Of a DNA stretch of 64,000 bases, positions 37,043-51,727 are shown one piece after another. How positions within the stretch are numbered: position 1 is the first letter of the stretch; each line of letters starts with the position of its first letter. This DNA comes from Lytechinus pictus (lineage: Eukaryota). Where the stretch lies: the NCBI RefSeq assembly GCF_037042905.1, contig NC_087251.1:21576001-21640000 (forward strand). The letters are read 5' to 3'. The position numbers were made by a program, and so were the translations under genes. Below the pieces are notes generated by a model that searched no databases, was not told the DNA's origin, and saw only the letters and a list, made by a program, of their open reading frames with translations.

Positions 37043-38769
37043 AAATATAATAAACAGTAATATAATGGCGGTTCACATTCGGCCAGTGCTTCCGTTTTGA
37101 GAGCCATAAAAATATTTGTAGTGGAAAATGTCGAACATACACTAGTCAAGACCTTTTTTTGGACGGGGTCGTCAGATTTTCGTTACATAAAATTTACCCT
37201 CATCCGGGAGTATAGACTTTTTTTTTGCTTGTCAGATTTTTAGGAACAAAAATTCCCCCTCTTTTGGAAAATCTTGATCCGCTCCTGTGATTGTAATCTG
37301 TTTATCGATTTGATTTGTTACCAATGAATTAATCATCAGATACGGATATCGAAGATGACATTCTACTTTGTAGGTATATCAGGAACCCGTCCTGTATTGC
37401 AGATTTGCATTTTTAAATCTAATCATTTCTTTAATAATTCTAACAGCATTAATAGACTTATATTTTTTATTCGAAAATGAATCTATTTATAAGAACCAAG
37501 TCGACAGTTTCTTACTTTTTCTTCGTATAACAGCGTATAGGTCTACACGATCTTTAGTAGATCTAAACTTATCGTTCGGGAATTCCCGAATTCAGTGGCT
37601 CTAACAGCATTAAAACAAAATTATTTCGGAGATTTGATGTGAACCATTGTTTAACACTATAACCTGGATATTGTAAGATACCCATGTAGTTGAAAGTACC
37701 ACTGTATATGTGAGTCTTTCCTTCACAACATGCAATATTATTGAAAGAAATTTAAATCTTATACTCCACACGTTTTTGTAACACTAAGTTCATTGACCTT
37801 ATGGTAGGACCATTAAGAGTGACGTCATGGCTGTAACTCATTCATAAAGTGACGGGAGTTATCAAAAGGCAACGATAAGAGGGTAGAAGTGACGGGAGAA
37901 AAGCTAAAAATAACCAACATTGCGCTCGGCATTTTCATCTGATCTTTCCATAGGCCCACCTGTCCGAATCATGTTTGAAAAAAATATATAATACGTGAAA
38001 CAGAGAGAAGTCGAGGAGTGCCAGGAAAGGGGGAGTGGGAGGGAGAGAGAAGGGGTAAGGGGAAAGGGGAGAGAATGAAAGGATAATGTCTTCTGGGCAT
38101 TAGTGGTTGTGATTAGGGAGGGCAATTTTTCGCGGCGGCTTTGAAAAGTGCATGTGGAGTCAAATGGTTAACTGCATTGCAAGTCGGTACCTCGATCGCC
38201 TGTCGATGCCGCTCGGCTGCTTGCTCACCCGTCCGCCCACCCGCCCCAGACCGCACTGATGGCCCGAAATGGGGTGATGGGTTAATGTACTATAGTGGGG
38301 AGTTATACACCATTCACCAGGGGGAATTGGATTCATTAACTTTACACTACAGAATAGGAAAGACGTGCATATTTTGAATTCATTGTGTCTTTGATCTCTA
38401 GCTAACTCGATTGCACTATAGAAGCGACATTTTCTTGAAACCACTCTTTTTTCTCATAAACTTACACGGTGACGAAGTACACAAAAAGAAGATATTCAAA
38501 TCATGCCTCCTGGGCTTCTTTCATAAAACAGATCATAAAGTTATGCATGACTTTATTTACGACATACTGAGACTCAAAATGATAACCAACGCGCGTTGCA
38601 ATTAATGTTACAATAGGCCTATCATGCATTGAATATCCAAATTCTATAGTATTTATAACCATATTCATGAGCATTATCTGAATATGAATAATTATATAAA
38701 ACACTCGATCCAATACATCTTTGTTGCTATCATATTTTCATCCCACGTATAATTGAAATATAAGTCCTG

Positions 38770-38906
38770 GGAGTGTTTCGTCAACATTGGTTATCCGACA
38801 ATTCGTCAGATCCGACATCTTTCCTTGGATTTGATTGGTTGAGAGGCACAGTTCCTATAGTAACTGTCGTATACATCATCCGACAGTCCCTTCATGAATC
38901 ACTCCC
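38770..38906 (+). mobile_element. Harbinger-like MITE (intact relative of 9427-11279)
   Basis: CTG|GGAGTGTTTCGTCAA ... TTCATGAATCACTCCC|CAG, with CWG-type flanks. Confidence 0.7.
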
Positions 38907-39215
38907 CAGATCGGCTGTGGATATTTGACCAGTCGAAGAAAAGATTTAGATTAAAATGTCATATATTTTAGGGGTTTAATCTGATTTAATTTCAAATCTT
39001 CAAGATTGAAAAAAAAAAATCCAGAGTTCTACAGTTGCTATTCAAGACCCGTCATGATATACTAATCCCGGCAATGTGTAATTTAGATCATTCACTTACA
39101 TTGATTTTCTTTTTTTTCATTATGTCTAATGCCCGCATTCGATCTATTACCACTTTTCTTATCATGAATACATAACAAGGGTCCTGTCACAAAAAAAAAA
39201 CGATTGATCTTACAG

Positions 39216-39497
39216 TAGGGGCCGCGGAAAGGTTTTTAATGTTTGGGGCTGAGCCGAAGGGGGGTTTACCATGCGTAAAAATCACAGTCAAATGGTCATT
39301 TTTAAGTTTTTGTAATAATAATAATAATAATAATAACGGCATATTTACCCAGGGTAGCCACTTCAGTTCCGAAAACTGTTCTCCCAACGGGCCCTGCTAT
39401 TATTATTACCCCGGCTTTAGCACGCTGCTTTTGTACGCTGCTTTAAAAGAAAGGTAGCGTGACTGAAGCCCCCCCCCCCTCCGGTTCCCTGTCCCTG
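39216..39497. mobile_element. hAT-like MITE remnant containing a reverse-oriented retroposon tail with (AAT)n at ~39313-39430
   Basis: Termini TAGGGGCCGCGGAA / TTCCCTGTCCCTG with an internal (AAT)n tract. TSD unclear. Confidence 0.45.
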
Positions 39498-41229
39498 TAC
39501 AGTACAATTGATTGTACAATGACCAATACAATCACTCGTAAAATCAGACATCAATTTCTGAGATTCAGTTGTGTTACGTGATTCTCGAATGGTAAATCTA
39601 CCACCTACGTGACTGTAATAGGGAAATTAAGTAGGACTCGACTAAGTGGAACCATTTCATCCGTAAATGAGGTTTCAATCAGCCCATGTGGGCTTTGTCG
39701 ATTGAATCGATAAGCCAATAGATCAAATCGATAGATATTAGACTAAACGGATTCATGATACGTCGTGAGGATAAATGATCTAGATATTACGCCATCCGAT
39801 ATTAAAGAAAGTCTTTTTTATTATCACCATGTGCAGGGGTGGCTATTCCAAGCATAAAAAACTTGTGGTCTGATATTTCTCTTTAAATTCAAAGTTACCT
39901 GACATATTTAAACATTATCATGATAGTGGACAAATCATGTCCAATAATTGTTTCCATTAACGCAAATTACACAAATCAAATTGGTTTGGATAACAATTCA
40001 CTCTACAAGGGCCTGGATTCAAGAGTTTATCTCATTTTCTAGCTACAACAACAACAAAACGAAAAACAAATTGTAAGGAAAATGGAGAAGTACATGCAAT
40101 AACACGCAATAGTTTTTTTTTAACATATATTAAGTTCACACTTTTTGTAATATACCACAAATCTACAAAGAATATTATATACAGTTCAACATTTTATGAA
40201 CAAGCAGAGCTTCATTAAAATGGAGAGTTTGCAGATCCCTGTAATATTTGTTTTATTCGTCTCGCTCTAAAGTTTGAACAGATACAAATAAGAAATAAGC
40301 TTAGAAAGATGTTTGTTTTAAAACGTGTACAGACTATAAATCATCAGGCGTCAGGCAGCAGAGTCGGCTTGTTATGGTGTCAAAACATTCCTATATCCAG
40401 TAATATATGGTTATACAAAAACAATAAAAATAAGAAACACGTTATTGGAGATATTCGTCTACTGTAAAAGTCGTATAAGCATTATCGTCTCAGGATGTTG
40501 CCCGTCTTATAGAATTTTTTTAATACTAGACTGTTGTAGAACTATTCTCACAAAAAGGCTTATTATTTTTCTTTGCCTGTCTGACTATTCGCTTTTACTC
40601 GTAAGTTTCAATAATTTAACATATTTTTTATCATACTCTATTGTTTGTAGCAATCATTACTCATGCTTACGATCTCCTCCATTTGGAAGTCTCCTTCCTG
40701 TCTTCATCTTCATTCATAACGATAGACAATTCCATATAGATGGTAATCAAATAACACTTGATGTACAAGATACCAAACAGACTGTACTAATGTTGGCTTT
40801 AACACGCCATTAGCTTTATTACCTATAATGGCGGTGCGAGCATTGGTCCGCCTAATTGGTTGTCGTTAGCACTCTTCTTCTTTTAGCTCCACGCGTCATT
40901 GTAGAAGATTGGATACAAGCCGAGTAACCATACTATAATAAACTCCTTCTATCGCCATACGGCGGCGAATTCCTCGGCAAAACAAAAGCATTAAAAATAC
41001 TGGCATATAACGGAGACAAGAATTTGCCATCGGTTAATAATTCATAGATATTTTATTCCCGATTCCACCGAACGCGATGTAATGCATGACAATTTGCTAA
41101 TCCGCGCCATGAATGCCTATCCGGTAAACTCTGATTAAGTATTAGACAAAATAAGAAAGACGCCACTGCGTCTGAAGACAGAGGGGATAAAATAAAACGA
41201 TGAGAAGAAGAGGTAGACGGTTATAAGCT

Positions 41230-42280
41230 TGATGATGGTGATAATGATGGTGATGATGGTGATGATGATGGTGATGATGATGATGATGATGATGGTGGTG
41301 GTGATGATGATGGTGATGATAATGAATGTGATGATGAAAATGAAGATGGNNNNNNNNNNNNNNNNNNNNNNNNNNNNNNNNNNNNNNNNNNNNNNNNNNN
41401 NNNNNNNNNNNNNNNNNNNNNNNNNNNNNNNNNNNNNNNNNNNNNNNNNNNNNNNNNNNNNNNNNNNNNNNNNNNNNNNNNNNNNNNNNNNNNNNNNNNN
41501 NNNNNNNNNNNNNNNNNNNNNNNNNNNNNNNGGAAGAATGAATATTTTTAGCAACTTTGATTACAATACTCGTAATGATCGAGATTAAGACCATTACATT
41601 ATCATCATCATCGTAATTTTCATTTGATTATCATAATCATCACCACATGCATTTCCTGATTTTAATCCCTCTAGGGGAAAGGAGTGAGACCCTCGCTGAA
41701 AGGCTGCTGTACAAAATTCAAAAATCAAGGAGGAACACGTCCCCCCTTCCTCGCCCATGCATCATCATCATCGTCGTCGTTGGCGTTCTTCACTGTCGCC
41801 ATAATTTCAATATTTTAGTAATTATTAAGCGAGAATTACGTGATGCCTGGGGTTATTATATTGATGCTGACCTTCTTACCGGCAGCAAAATTGCGATAAC
41901 GACGACGACTACGACAAAGATGTTGCCGCTAATGACGTTAATACAGTTTAAACTGGTGATGAGAATGAGGAGAGTGAGCGGGTAATGAGTAGGAGGATAC
42001 AGTGATAGCCTGCTTTTAATATAGTGAAGTTGATGGGGTGGTGGCAGCGGTGGTGGTGGTGGTGGTGGTGGTGGTGGTGCTGCTGCTGCTGATGTTGGAA
42101 GTAACTTAATGATAATGGTAATGATAATGATATTGATCATGATGACGAAACATGGCATTGCATATGAAGACGGCTATGATATTGATGATCACGATGATAC
42201 TGATGATGATGATGATGATAATGATGATGATAATGATGATTATGATAATAATGATGATGATGATGATGATTATGATGAAA
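41230..42280. repeat. (GAT)n/(GGT)n microsatellite region including assembly gap 41350-41531
   Basis: Directly visible. Confidence 0.9.
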
Positions 42281-44655
42281 ATTATTGCTTGCTTAGATAT
42301 TGCTGCAGCTTTGTGCTGTATGGAAGGGTTTTCAACATCAGATTAAAGTTGGCGTTACTAGACATTTTGAGGACACCAATAAGCTTATACCATAGTTGAT
42401 TCATGTATACATGTAATATCATCTTACAAACAATTTCATGAAGTACCCCTGATAGAATATTTTGTAAAGTTAATTAGCTTATGATTGGTCGTTGTTTTCT
42501 TCGATTAGAACAGTATCGGAAATGAACCACCGGGAAAGCTGCTTCAAAGAGTATTTTCATTAAAAACAACCCATTTCTATACCACTTAATATTACCATGT
42601 TATGTTCCTTTAAACATCCCTGCACGAACGAGAGAGATTTTTTGACAAGATAATTTTCATGTCAAAAATGGAATGCTGTGTCAATGGAAGAAGTAAAAAC
42701 CACGGTCTATCGAAATCTTTGTTGAGTGAGAAGACAGGATTTTATCTGCTGGTGGCTTTGTGTTTAATAATTAACAGTTCACGTTTTAGCGCTAATGAAC
42801 CTCAGCAAACAGTAGATGAGTAAAGAAAAAGATCAGATCGCTGCTGAAAATCTTTCCTAATAGCTCTCTCTATTAATAAGAGATGAAGAAAAATATATAA
42901 CGAGTAAGAAGGCAAATCAGTGATGGATCAAGTACTTGGTTTGTATATGAATGACAGCTATGACAGGGCTGCAATATTAAATACCGACATCTATTTGCTT
43001 ATTTGACGACACCGTATATCAGAATTTGTACAGCGAGTTAGCGAGGATTTGGGGATCTTTTGTAAAATCTCCACGCCTGCCTCGCCGTGTGTAATCAGTG
43101 TCCGGGCAATATTGCAAAACTCGGAACAAATAACAAAAGATGCGAAGATAATAAAACCGATTTATTTGGAGGCGGTAGAAAGTGACATGCCGAGGCAAGG
43201 GTTCAGAAAGAGGAAAAAATCTAAGATATAATGTAAATAAAATGATGAGTCTATTTGCCTTGGTGAGCGTGCAAATGATACTGAGGGGATACCCACGGCT
43301 GGATCTAGGCGCAGTGAGAACATTTTTAAGGAAAAATTACTAGAAGTATGCAAATGTTTGCTCACTTTTCATTGACACGGCAGCGGGAGAAATTAAAGAA
43401 ACGCTGGTGGAATGATTGATGTTATATCATATTCGAAAATGCGGACAAATTATGGTGAATTTGAAGAATAAGACAGCATCTATTATCTGCCACCTGGATA
43501 AAATGAAACGATCTATCGTGATAAACTCCTGCTCGCACAGTCGTGAAGAAAGCGATCAATATTGATCATAATAACATCAAGTCGACTCAGATGTATCAAA
43601 CTTGGGAAGGCAGTTTTACGAAAGATGGCCATTAAAAACTAGATGTTCTAATTAAATGCAACTACCTCTATATACTGACTATGCAATGACTGGGAGGGGT
43701 GCAAAGGAGGGAGCAAGGGAAAACCGCCCCAAATGATTTTTCAAGTAATCGAGAGAAGAAGGGGGAAAAGTCGAGTCTTGGAATGAGCAATTTTGACCAA
43801 TACTTTGATATTCCTATTATGAGGTTATTTCATTGAGAAGGAAATTACGCCATAGAGCATCCCGTTCCTCCCTATCAAAATAACTGACACCGCCCATAAC
43901 CAACGAGTTACACGTTTTTATGCAATCTTTTCTAGAACAAAAATAATGATATTCAGATAATTTTACTGTATTTTTAACAAGTTAAGGATAATAGTCCAAA
44001 ATAATTTATATGAGTTGCAATCATTTAAAACAAGAAAATGAAAATATTAACAATTCATATGATGCAAGACGAAAAAAATTATTTTATTAATTTTAATTTT
44101 TTATGTTTTTCTGTAAATATCAATTTCCTTTCGAGATCATGTTGTAGGGCTGCTGCTATAAGGGGCCATGGGGCGACGATCCCCTTTCGATTTGATTTTT
44201 CAAGTAATAAAAACTAACCACAAAAGGTGACTGAAAGAGAAAGAAAGAGGAAAAACAACATTTTAAAGAAAATAGTATCCAGAGTGATGATTAGGCTCTA
44301 TACCCCTACAATGCAGATTAAAACAGTTTTAAATCGAAATCATGTTCAAGTAATCCTCTTGCCCCGTTGCCTCTATAACCAAAACACTTGGTACTGCCCC
44401 TAGTAAAAAGTTTTTGCCACTGTAGACTCTAGATTTCGAACGCTCCTTCCATCAGAGCTTTGTCGACATAGACCTTCTCTCATTATGTGAACTATATTGT
44501 CCTCTGCATACTTGCAATATAGAGTTTATTCAGAGTTTAGAAAATGTCTTTATCACATCAAATTTAAGAAAATTATTACAAAGTATACCTATTTAAATAG
44601 AATAATGATAAGAGCAGAGGGAATCACGAAACTTTTATTCGACGTAGGTTATATG

Positions 44656-44934
44656 CAGCGGCGGATCCAGGGGGGGGGGGCATCCGGCCTGTACCCCCTC
44701 CCCCTTTGAGAGGCACAACAAAAAAAGAAATAGAAGGGGGGATATGCCATGCATTAGAAAGTGAGGACCTGTTTCGTTTTTGTTGTTTGTTTGTTTTTTG
44801 TTCTTTTTTGCTTGTCCATTTTTTCTTTATACAAAATGCCCTGGATTTGGTAGTGAAAACCTTTTTTTTGGTCAAAATTTTCCCTGTACAAAAATTACCC
44901 CTCCCTCTTTTGAAAAATCCTGAATCCACCTCTG
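44656..44934. mobile_element. hAT-like MITE
   Basis: CAGCGGCGGATCCAGG ... CCTGAATCCACCTCTG, with 8-bp TSD GTTATATG / ATTATATG (7/8 match). Confidence 0.8.
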
Positions 44935-47900
44935 ATTATATGGATTTAAGTCCACTATTTCACTTTTCACTAGCATATTCTTCGGAAGGTAAGGACCAAC
45001 AATTTCAATAGTTTCAATTTTGCCAATTTTGATGTTTATTTGGAAGAATATAATACTTCATGCACCCTTCTCTGATATTTGTTTTCTCCTAAAAAAAATC
45101 TTTATTCCCGATGATAGGATTAATTGGTGTATTTGTGGGGGTTACAGATAACCTCTTGTACACGTTGAATGATTATTATATTTCATAACAAGATCTACAT
45201 ACTTTTAAACAATTTTAAAATCTTTGTGTCAACTTTTTCTCTCCTCTCTTCTTTATTTGTCACATTTCGCAAAGTATTTCAAATATTCGTTTTCTTGTCA
45301 AAGAGTGCGACTCAGTGCCACTGTCACGGTTGTTTCTATCGTAATTTAGACGCAGTTAGCTAATGGAAATTATAATTGAGGTAGAGTTTTTCTACAGATC
45401 AGCGAGTATTTCACACATTTTCTTTTCAGAGAAAATTACAGAAAGAACAAGGAAAAATGGGAATGGAGATGCACGGGGTAAGGGAGTAATGTATATAGAA
45501 ACGAGAATCAAATTAATAAATCGTCCCAACATATAATGATACGCCTACTCTATATCTATTTCCGTTTGTATCACTTTGTATCTTATGCTACTAAAGTAGG
45601 CATTCGAACCGACGGTAACAAAGTATTCGCCCGTTTAAGTGAGAATATTGTGAAAAATGCTGGTATTATCCTTTAGCGATCATTACAAAACCACTCAATG
45701 CAGGGGCGAGATTTGGAAAATGGAGAATTTGTGAAATTTGGAATAGGGTTGTAAACACGAGCCAGATACGTGGTGAGACTACTTAGGGCGATTAAGATGC
45801 TGATGAGCTCAATAGTGAAATGATGGGAAGAGAACAAGTTGTTCATATCTTACTGACCTAAGCTAGTTCACTCAATCAAGCTTTCTCGCGCATCGAAACC
45901 CCGCTTTAATGAGTGTATTATGGTCTGAGTGCTGGTCTGGCGAGTGAGATGTCTAAAATTCGTGTCGGAATTAATCAAATGATTGAAGATATAGCTCTTA
46001 AGAGATGGAATGGGGGATCAAGAGCGCTCTCCTTTTCTCTCCCTTACTCCCTATCTCTGTAACAATCTAGTTTTCATTAATGTCTGAACTAGATTGAGAA
46101 AAAATACAAGCGCTCAATGATGCATGCCTAGATGCAGACGACACGTGTAAATGAAGCCAACCACGATAACTATACAAATCTACGGAGACCGTCGTAACGA
46201 TGAAGAAAAAAATATGCACCACATTAAAAGGTATCTTGATTGCAAGTATAAATCTTTTTTGAGCAAAAAGGGAGCAAATGTAATGTTGAAGTCTCTCTGA
46301 TAATGTTCACCTCACCGCGATGTAATTTGACTATCAGCCATAACGACAGTGAATAACAAAAGGGAGACTGAAGAGCGAGATACTTGAGACGGTATCGCGC
46401 CAATTTGATGGGGAAAGAGTTGAAAAATATGATGTAATTTACACCGTCTAATCAGCGGCGAGCGGCAGTGGATATAGGGTGATGATTGGGTGCTTTCTAC
46501 ATCGTCCGTAACCCCCTAGCTAAAATGACAATCACAGGTGTCGGAGGGGGACAACGGATAGATGATGGAGTGAGTGAAGGATATATAGGAAGATAAGATA
46601 GAGGATGAATGGGAAGGGAGAGATTGAGAGATGTAATTGCCAACATATGTGAGGAAATCTAGAAGAAAGTTTAAGACAAGTTCTGATGGTATTAATAACA
46701 TTATGATAGGCAATAATCATATTAATGTAAACAAAAGATGCCTTCAAACTTATAGACAAAATAAAAAGATTCACATGATTCTGTTGTATGGATAAATAGG
46801 TATTTGTGTAATGACAGAGAATTTATGTAGAGTAATGAAACTGTGGTTAGGTGCATATTGGTTGGGCGTATAAACAAAAACAACATACAAATTCTTTTTT
46901 TTCACGATACATTGGTCAGAAAGATAGGTAGGTATAGGTACGCTAGCTTGTTTTTTATATTGATTGTTCAATTGATTGATTTGTTGATTGATTGATGAAA
47001 CGACCAATCGATTGATTGATGTCAAGGTTCATTGATTACAATGATGAAAGGAAGAAAATATTAGCTATTGAGAGAGAACGTGGATCATTCGGAGCATTGT
47101 GGTTTAAGCTAGGAGGTATCACTATATATCCTCTTTGGTTTGAGGGTGATCAGTGGTTGAGGAAGGGAATTCATGCAAGAACAATGACGACAAGGAATGT
47201 AGGGGGAAAGTGAGATATGTTTCTAGGAGAACAATTACTGTCGAGTATGGATGACACTTTTAAAGACCAAAATGAAAACAAAGAGCGAGATTACATTGTG
47301 GATGATGTTCGAATGAAAAAAATATCAGCAGATATGTCATCGCTCTTTCTTGTCTCCCAACACCGAGCAAGTAATGTAACAGCGAAGCACTGCTTGACTG
47401 GGTTATATACCGAAGGCTCTTGCCTTTAATCCATCTCGTATCAAATGTCCCCCCTCTCCGTATACCCCCGTCAAGTGTTTAGACAATCTTGCTTTATTCC
47501 CCGACTCTCCATGCTTCGACAAAACAATGATGCCGAGAGCGCGTCGCGCAACATCACAAAGGGGAAAATGCATCAATTAAGGGTGTAAAAAAGCCGCGAC
47601 AAAACCAAGACGGGGTTAGCGTTCCGCCGCTTGCCAATTTACCTTTTTTTTTCATCCTACTCTCTTTTTCTTCATTTTTCTTCCAAAGCCCTTTTTCTAA
47701 TGTTGCTAACATGCGTATTAGGCCTCGCTTTCGGGGTTGAATTCCCCAAGTTCCATTTACTAATTTAGTGGGAAATTTATATGGTGGTGTTTGGTGATTT
47801 GATGAAGATTTAGCGTGACAGATGGTTAAGCGACGTTGGCGGCTCGCATGAACGCGGGCATGAGCTCGTTTTTCTCGCCGGTTGAGTCATAGCGAGCGAG

Positions 47901-50900
47901 GCCACTTTACGACGGGGCGAGCAGTGGGGCCGATCATGTATTGGCGCGCGGGTCCAAGTAGGCAGTTTGCCCCCACCTGCTCATTCATTATTTAGAATAA
48001 CCCTAACGAGGATAAGTTCTTTACATCCCTACTCGCGAAAAAAAATTCGTGGAAAGTAATCACATCATCAACATCTGCACTTAATGAATTATTGCTAATC
48101 TGAACTACGACTTTGCCGTGTAGTTAACTCAACTATTATCTATCATTATGTGGGATATCGTAATGCCCATTAGACTAATTAGACAGTTTTCTAAAATGTC
48201 CCTTGGTTCAGTAGATGCATTTGAAAGGTGCGATTTTAATTGGCATGTTGCGAAGTTGATTGATCAACCATACAGGCCTATATTGCCGTGTCAATAATTT
48301 CTTTATTTAATGAGTTTATAGTCTTTACACTTCTCGTCATTCGCGTTCCGATGAATAGCAGGTCGATAAACCTTCATGGAAATTGATATTGTGGAACAGG
48401 ATGTTGTGGAATTGTTCTGTGTAGTGATTGAAGGTTATCTATAGTAGATGAAGACTTAGTCCAAAAAATATATGCGATTTGACGCGATTTAGCCTTAAAT
48501 GTATGAATCTCTTCGACATAAATATACTGTTTTATTTACAGTACTGTGAATATATGCACTTTCTTTGTTTTATTTAAAAAAGCAGAGTCGACTAAAAAAA
48601 TGGTGTAATATCATGTCTCTCTCTTCACCCCCACCCCTATGCTCTTCCTAACACCCCTCATCATTCTACCGAAAGTCTATTGAATTAGTTGAATTTAATA
48701 ATCAGGAGTGGGTATGCATACTGTCTGTATCGATGTGTTTTGATTTGGTGGGAGCAAGGCGACCTGGGCACACTCTTTGGAAGGGGTAGATTATAGGAGA
48801 GCACCCGTAATTTGCCCCCGTATGTACCCGAAGCCGTCTTGAGGGCTTTGTTTGGGTGCATTCGTTTGATAGCCGAAGAGCAACGAGATGTAATGATGCC
48901 ATCGCATTACCGTGATACCCACCAATTAGGTTTGGCGGTGTGAGGTAAAGAACTAAAGAGGCTTGGTGTAGGAGTGGCTAAGAGGGTTAATCGAAGGGCC
49001 GGATTGCCAAAATAATATTTATACTTAAGTTGAATCGGCTATTTTTCCAGGGATTGTAGATGTTTTAGGGTGGGTTTGTGTGTGGGGGAAAGGGTGTGTG
49101 CGTGATTGTATTACCTAAATTTATCATTCATAGATAGAGTGTTGAACGGTTAAGTCTGGGCTATAATAACATGAAGGCTCATTATACTGCATACCTGTAT
49201 AATTACAATGCATTATAGAGATCAGACTGTATTTGGTATTGTAAGCCCTTTGGAAACGGTTTCAGTTCGTCATAAAACACAATTATATCATCTTGAGTAA
49301 CGATCGACTGAGCTCTGTTCACGCCACTTTTGTCCGATTTTATTTATTTATGCACATTTAAAACAGGCAAATATCTGATAATTATCCGTGATCTAACATC
49401 GCATTCACATGTTTATGGTATCGACCTTATAAATCAACCTAAAATATGAAAATAAATAAGATATTTTTAAATATTGAGTATTTTTTATGCTGACATCTGG
49501 CGTTTGGGGTTTCGATCCCACTTCTCTCCCTATAGATATGTCTCCCATAACATCTCGGGTATGTCGCTTAAATTCACAATGCGGTTTTCGTGGGGTCGAA
49601 GTGAGATGTCTATCGTAAACTCAAGGACCGTTTGTCATCATAAGCAAGCAAGGTTATGACGCCACATCCCCTAATGGAATTTGCCTCATTCTACTAACAA
49701 TACGATCGGAAAGCATCCTTCTTGGAACAAAGAAATTCGATTTCATTCGGATGGTTACACTATATGGAGTTCGCTTAAGATTATTCATCGAAAAATTATA
49801 ACATGGGTCTTTCCTCGTCGATAGCACACGCTTGAATGAAGGACATTAGGGTTGATGGGGTTTTCACGGTTATTCGTCGCTTCTGATGATTATTTGCACC
49901 AACAGAATTCCAAATAGATGGTTTAAGGGCGAAATTGCTTCGACCCGGTCGTAAGAATGTAAGGCATCTAATTTGATTTGTGAATGACTAAAGTATGAGG
50001 GTCTGCAGTTAGTTTTGATATTGAAGACGCCGTGATTTAAAAGATTCCCTTGTTAAAATGAAATCAAAATGTTTACACCGGTGTTACAAATCATTTACCA
50101 ATTAGGATTAAGTGGGTATAGAGGCCGCACTTGTTTGTTATTCAGCTAAGTGATGCGATGTGCTATGAGAGACATAATAATGGAGCCAAAATCCACCATT
50201 AATGCCATGATTGCAGAGAGGGAGAAATGGAGAGGTTTTTAGTTTGGGGAGAAAGAAGAAAAATGAAGGAATGTAAACTAGATAGAAGAAATTAATTAGG
50301 AGGCAAGATTAATAGAGCGAGAGCGAGTGGTTAGACATAAGAGGAAAAGGGGTGGTGAGAGAGAGGGGGGAGGGGGCAGTACCCACATCAATAAGCGAAT
50401 TAAATAGCCATACATGATGTAGGTTGCTTGGAAAAGCTGATCAAAGAATATCCCCCATTATTATAGACAAATTCCTCTTTTAATGATATGATTACGTCGA
50501 TAAAAGGCAATAATGAGTCGTCATCCACACATCAACATGAATGAACTTTTTTTTTAAATCAAAACGACCTGTAAACATTGATTTTTTTTCTTAGAGCGTC
50601 AACACACGTATTATTGTAGCACTATCATGAAATTTGAATGTTTTTGCGTGTATGCACACAATTAAATTGCGGGAAATTCGGGGTTATCCATAATTATAAA
50701 ATAAATCTGCTTCTTAATCAAGAGGAAGATATACCGGTAGATTAATCTTTTGTTCTTTTACCGCGTTTATGGGAATGTAAACAAAGAAAGGCAATGGTCA
50801 TCTGTTTCATCATCAAAGCACATCGGGGTCAAGTATCAGTTTGGTATATACCAGCAATAATGACTGAACAGAAAGCAACCGCTATAAACAATTATGAAAG

Positions 50901-51489
50901 AATTAATAGTTAAACGTAATAATGAGGGTCATTTGTGTGCATAGGCCTTTTGACTAGGAACTATGTGACCATAAATCATATACGATCCGCTACCAGATTT
51001 AAAGTAAAAAGCAATCGTAATGTTTATGCTGGTTGCTGCTTTGATTGAATTACGTGGGGAAAAAAGACCAGCTACTTTGTTTTAATTTATTGTATAGAGT
51101 GTATATGGTCATTGTTGTCTTATTCTTCAATTGTGTTTACAGACATTTTTCACTCATTAGATGTAACAACGAGCGCATCATTACTAAATGATTGTTTTGT
51201 AATCCATTATAAAAAACATGTATATTCATGTAATGATTATGATCTTCATACTATAGTCGAAGCGAGTATCGAAAAAATCCATTCAGACATAAATCCTTAT
51301 AGGGTAAATCTATCGTGAATTATAAACATTCGTTGTAGGTCCATGATCATATCAAAGCACGGCCATGAAAGTATTTGTTGTGTGTCCAGAATGGATCATA
51401 AATGTTATGTAAGCATATCAACTAGACATACTATTCTTTTTTAACACATACTAGGTGGAATATTGTCATAAATAAAAACGGACAAAGTG

Positions 51490-51727
51490 CACTGTAAAAA
51501 CTGTGGTGTTAAAACTGACACCAGTTGGTGTTAATAGAGGACCACACCCGAGGTGTTAAAATTACACCCTAGAGATTGAACATAACAGCAAAGAGTGTAA
51601 ATGTAACAACCTAAGGTGTTGTAATAACACCTATAGGTGTTAAACTAACACCATCAATTTAACACCGGAGTAAAATAACTGGTGTGGTCCTCTATGTACA
51701 CCGGTTAACACCACAGTTTTTGCTGTG
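51490..51727 (+). mobile_element. EnSpm/CACTA-like MITE (copy 1)
   Basis: CACTGTAAAAACTGTGGTGTTAA ... TTAACACCACAGTTTTTGCTGTG with 2-bp TSD TG and many TAACACC/GGTGTTA subterminal motifs. A near-identical inverted copy is at 62041. Confidence 0.88.

Noticed and set aside
40000-40700. Possible decayed minus-strand LINE 3' end
   Set aside because: Only faint motif resemblance with multiple stops; too weak to call.
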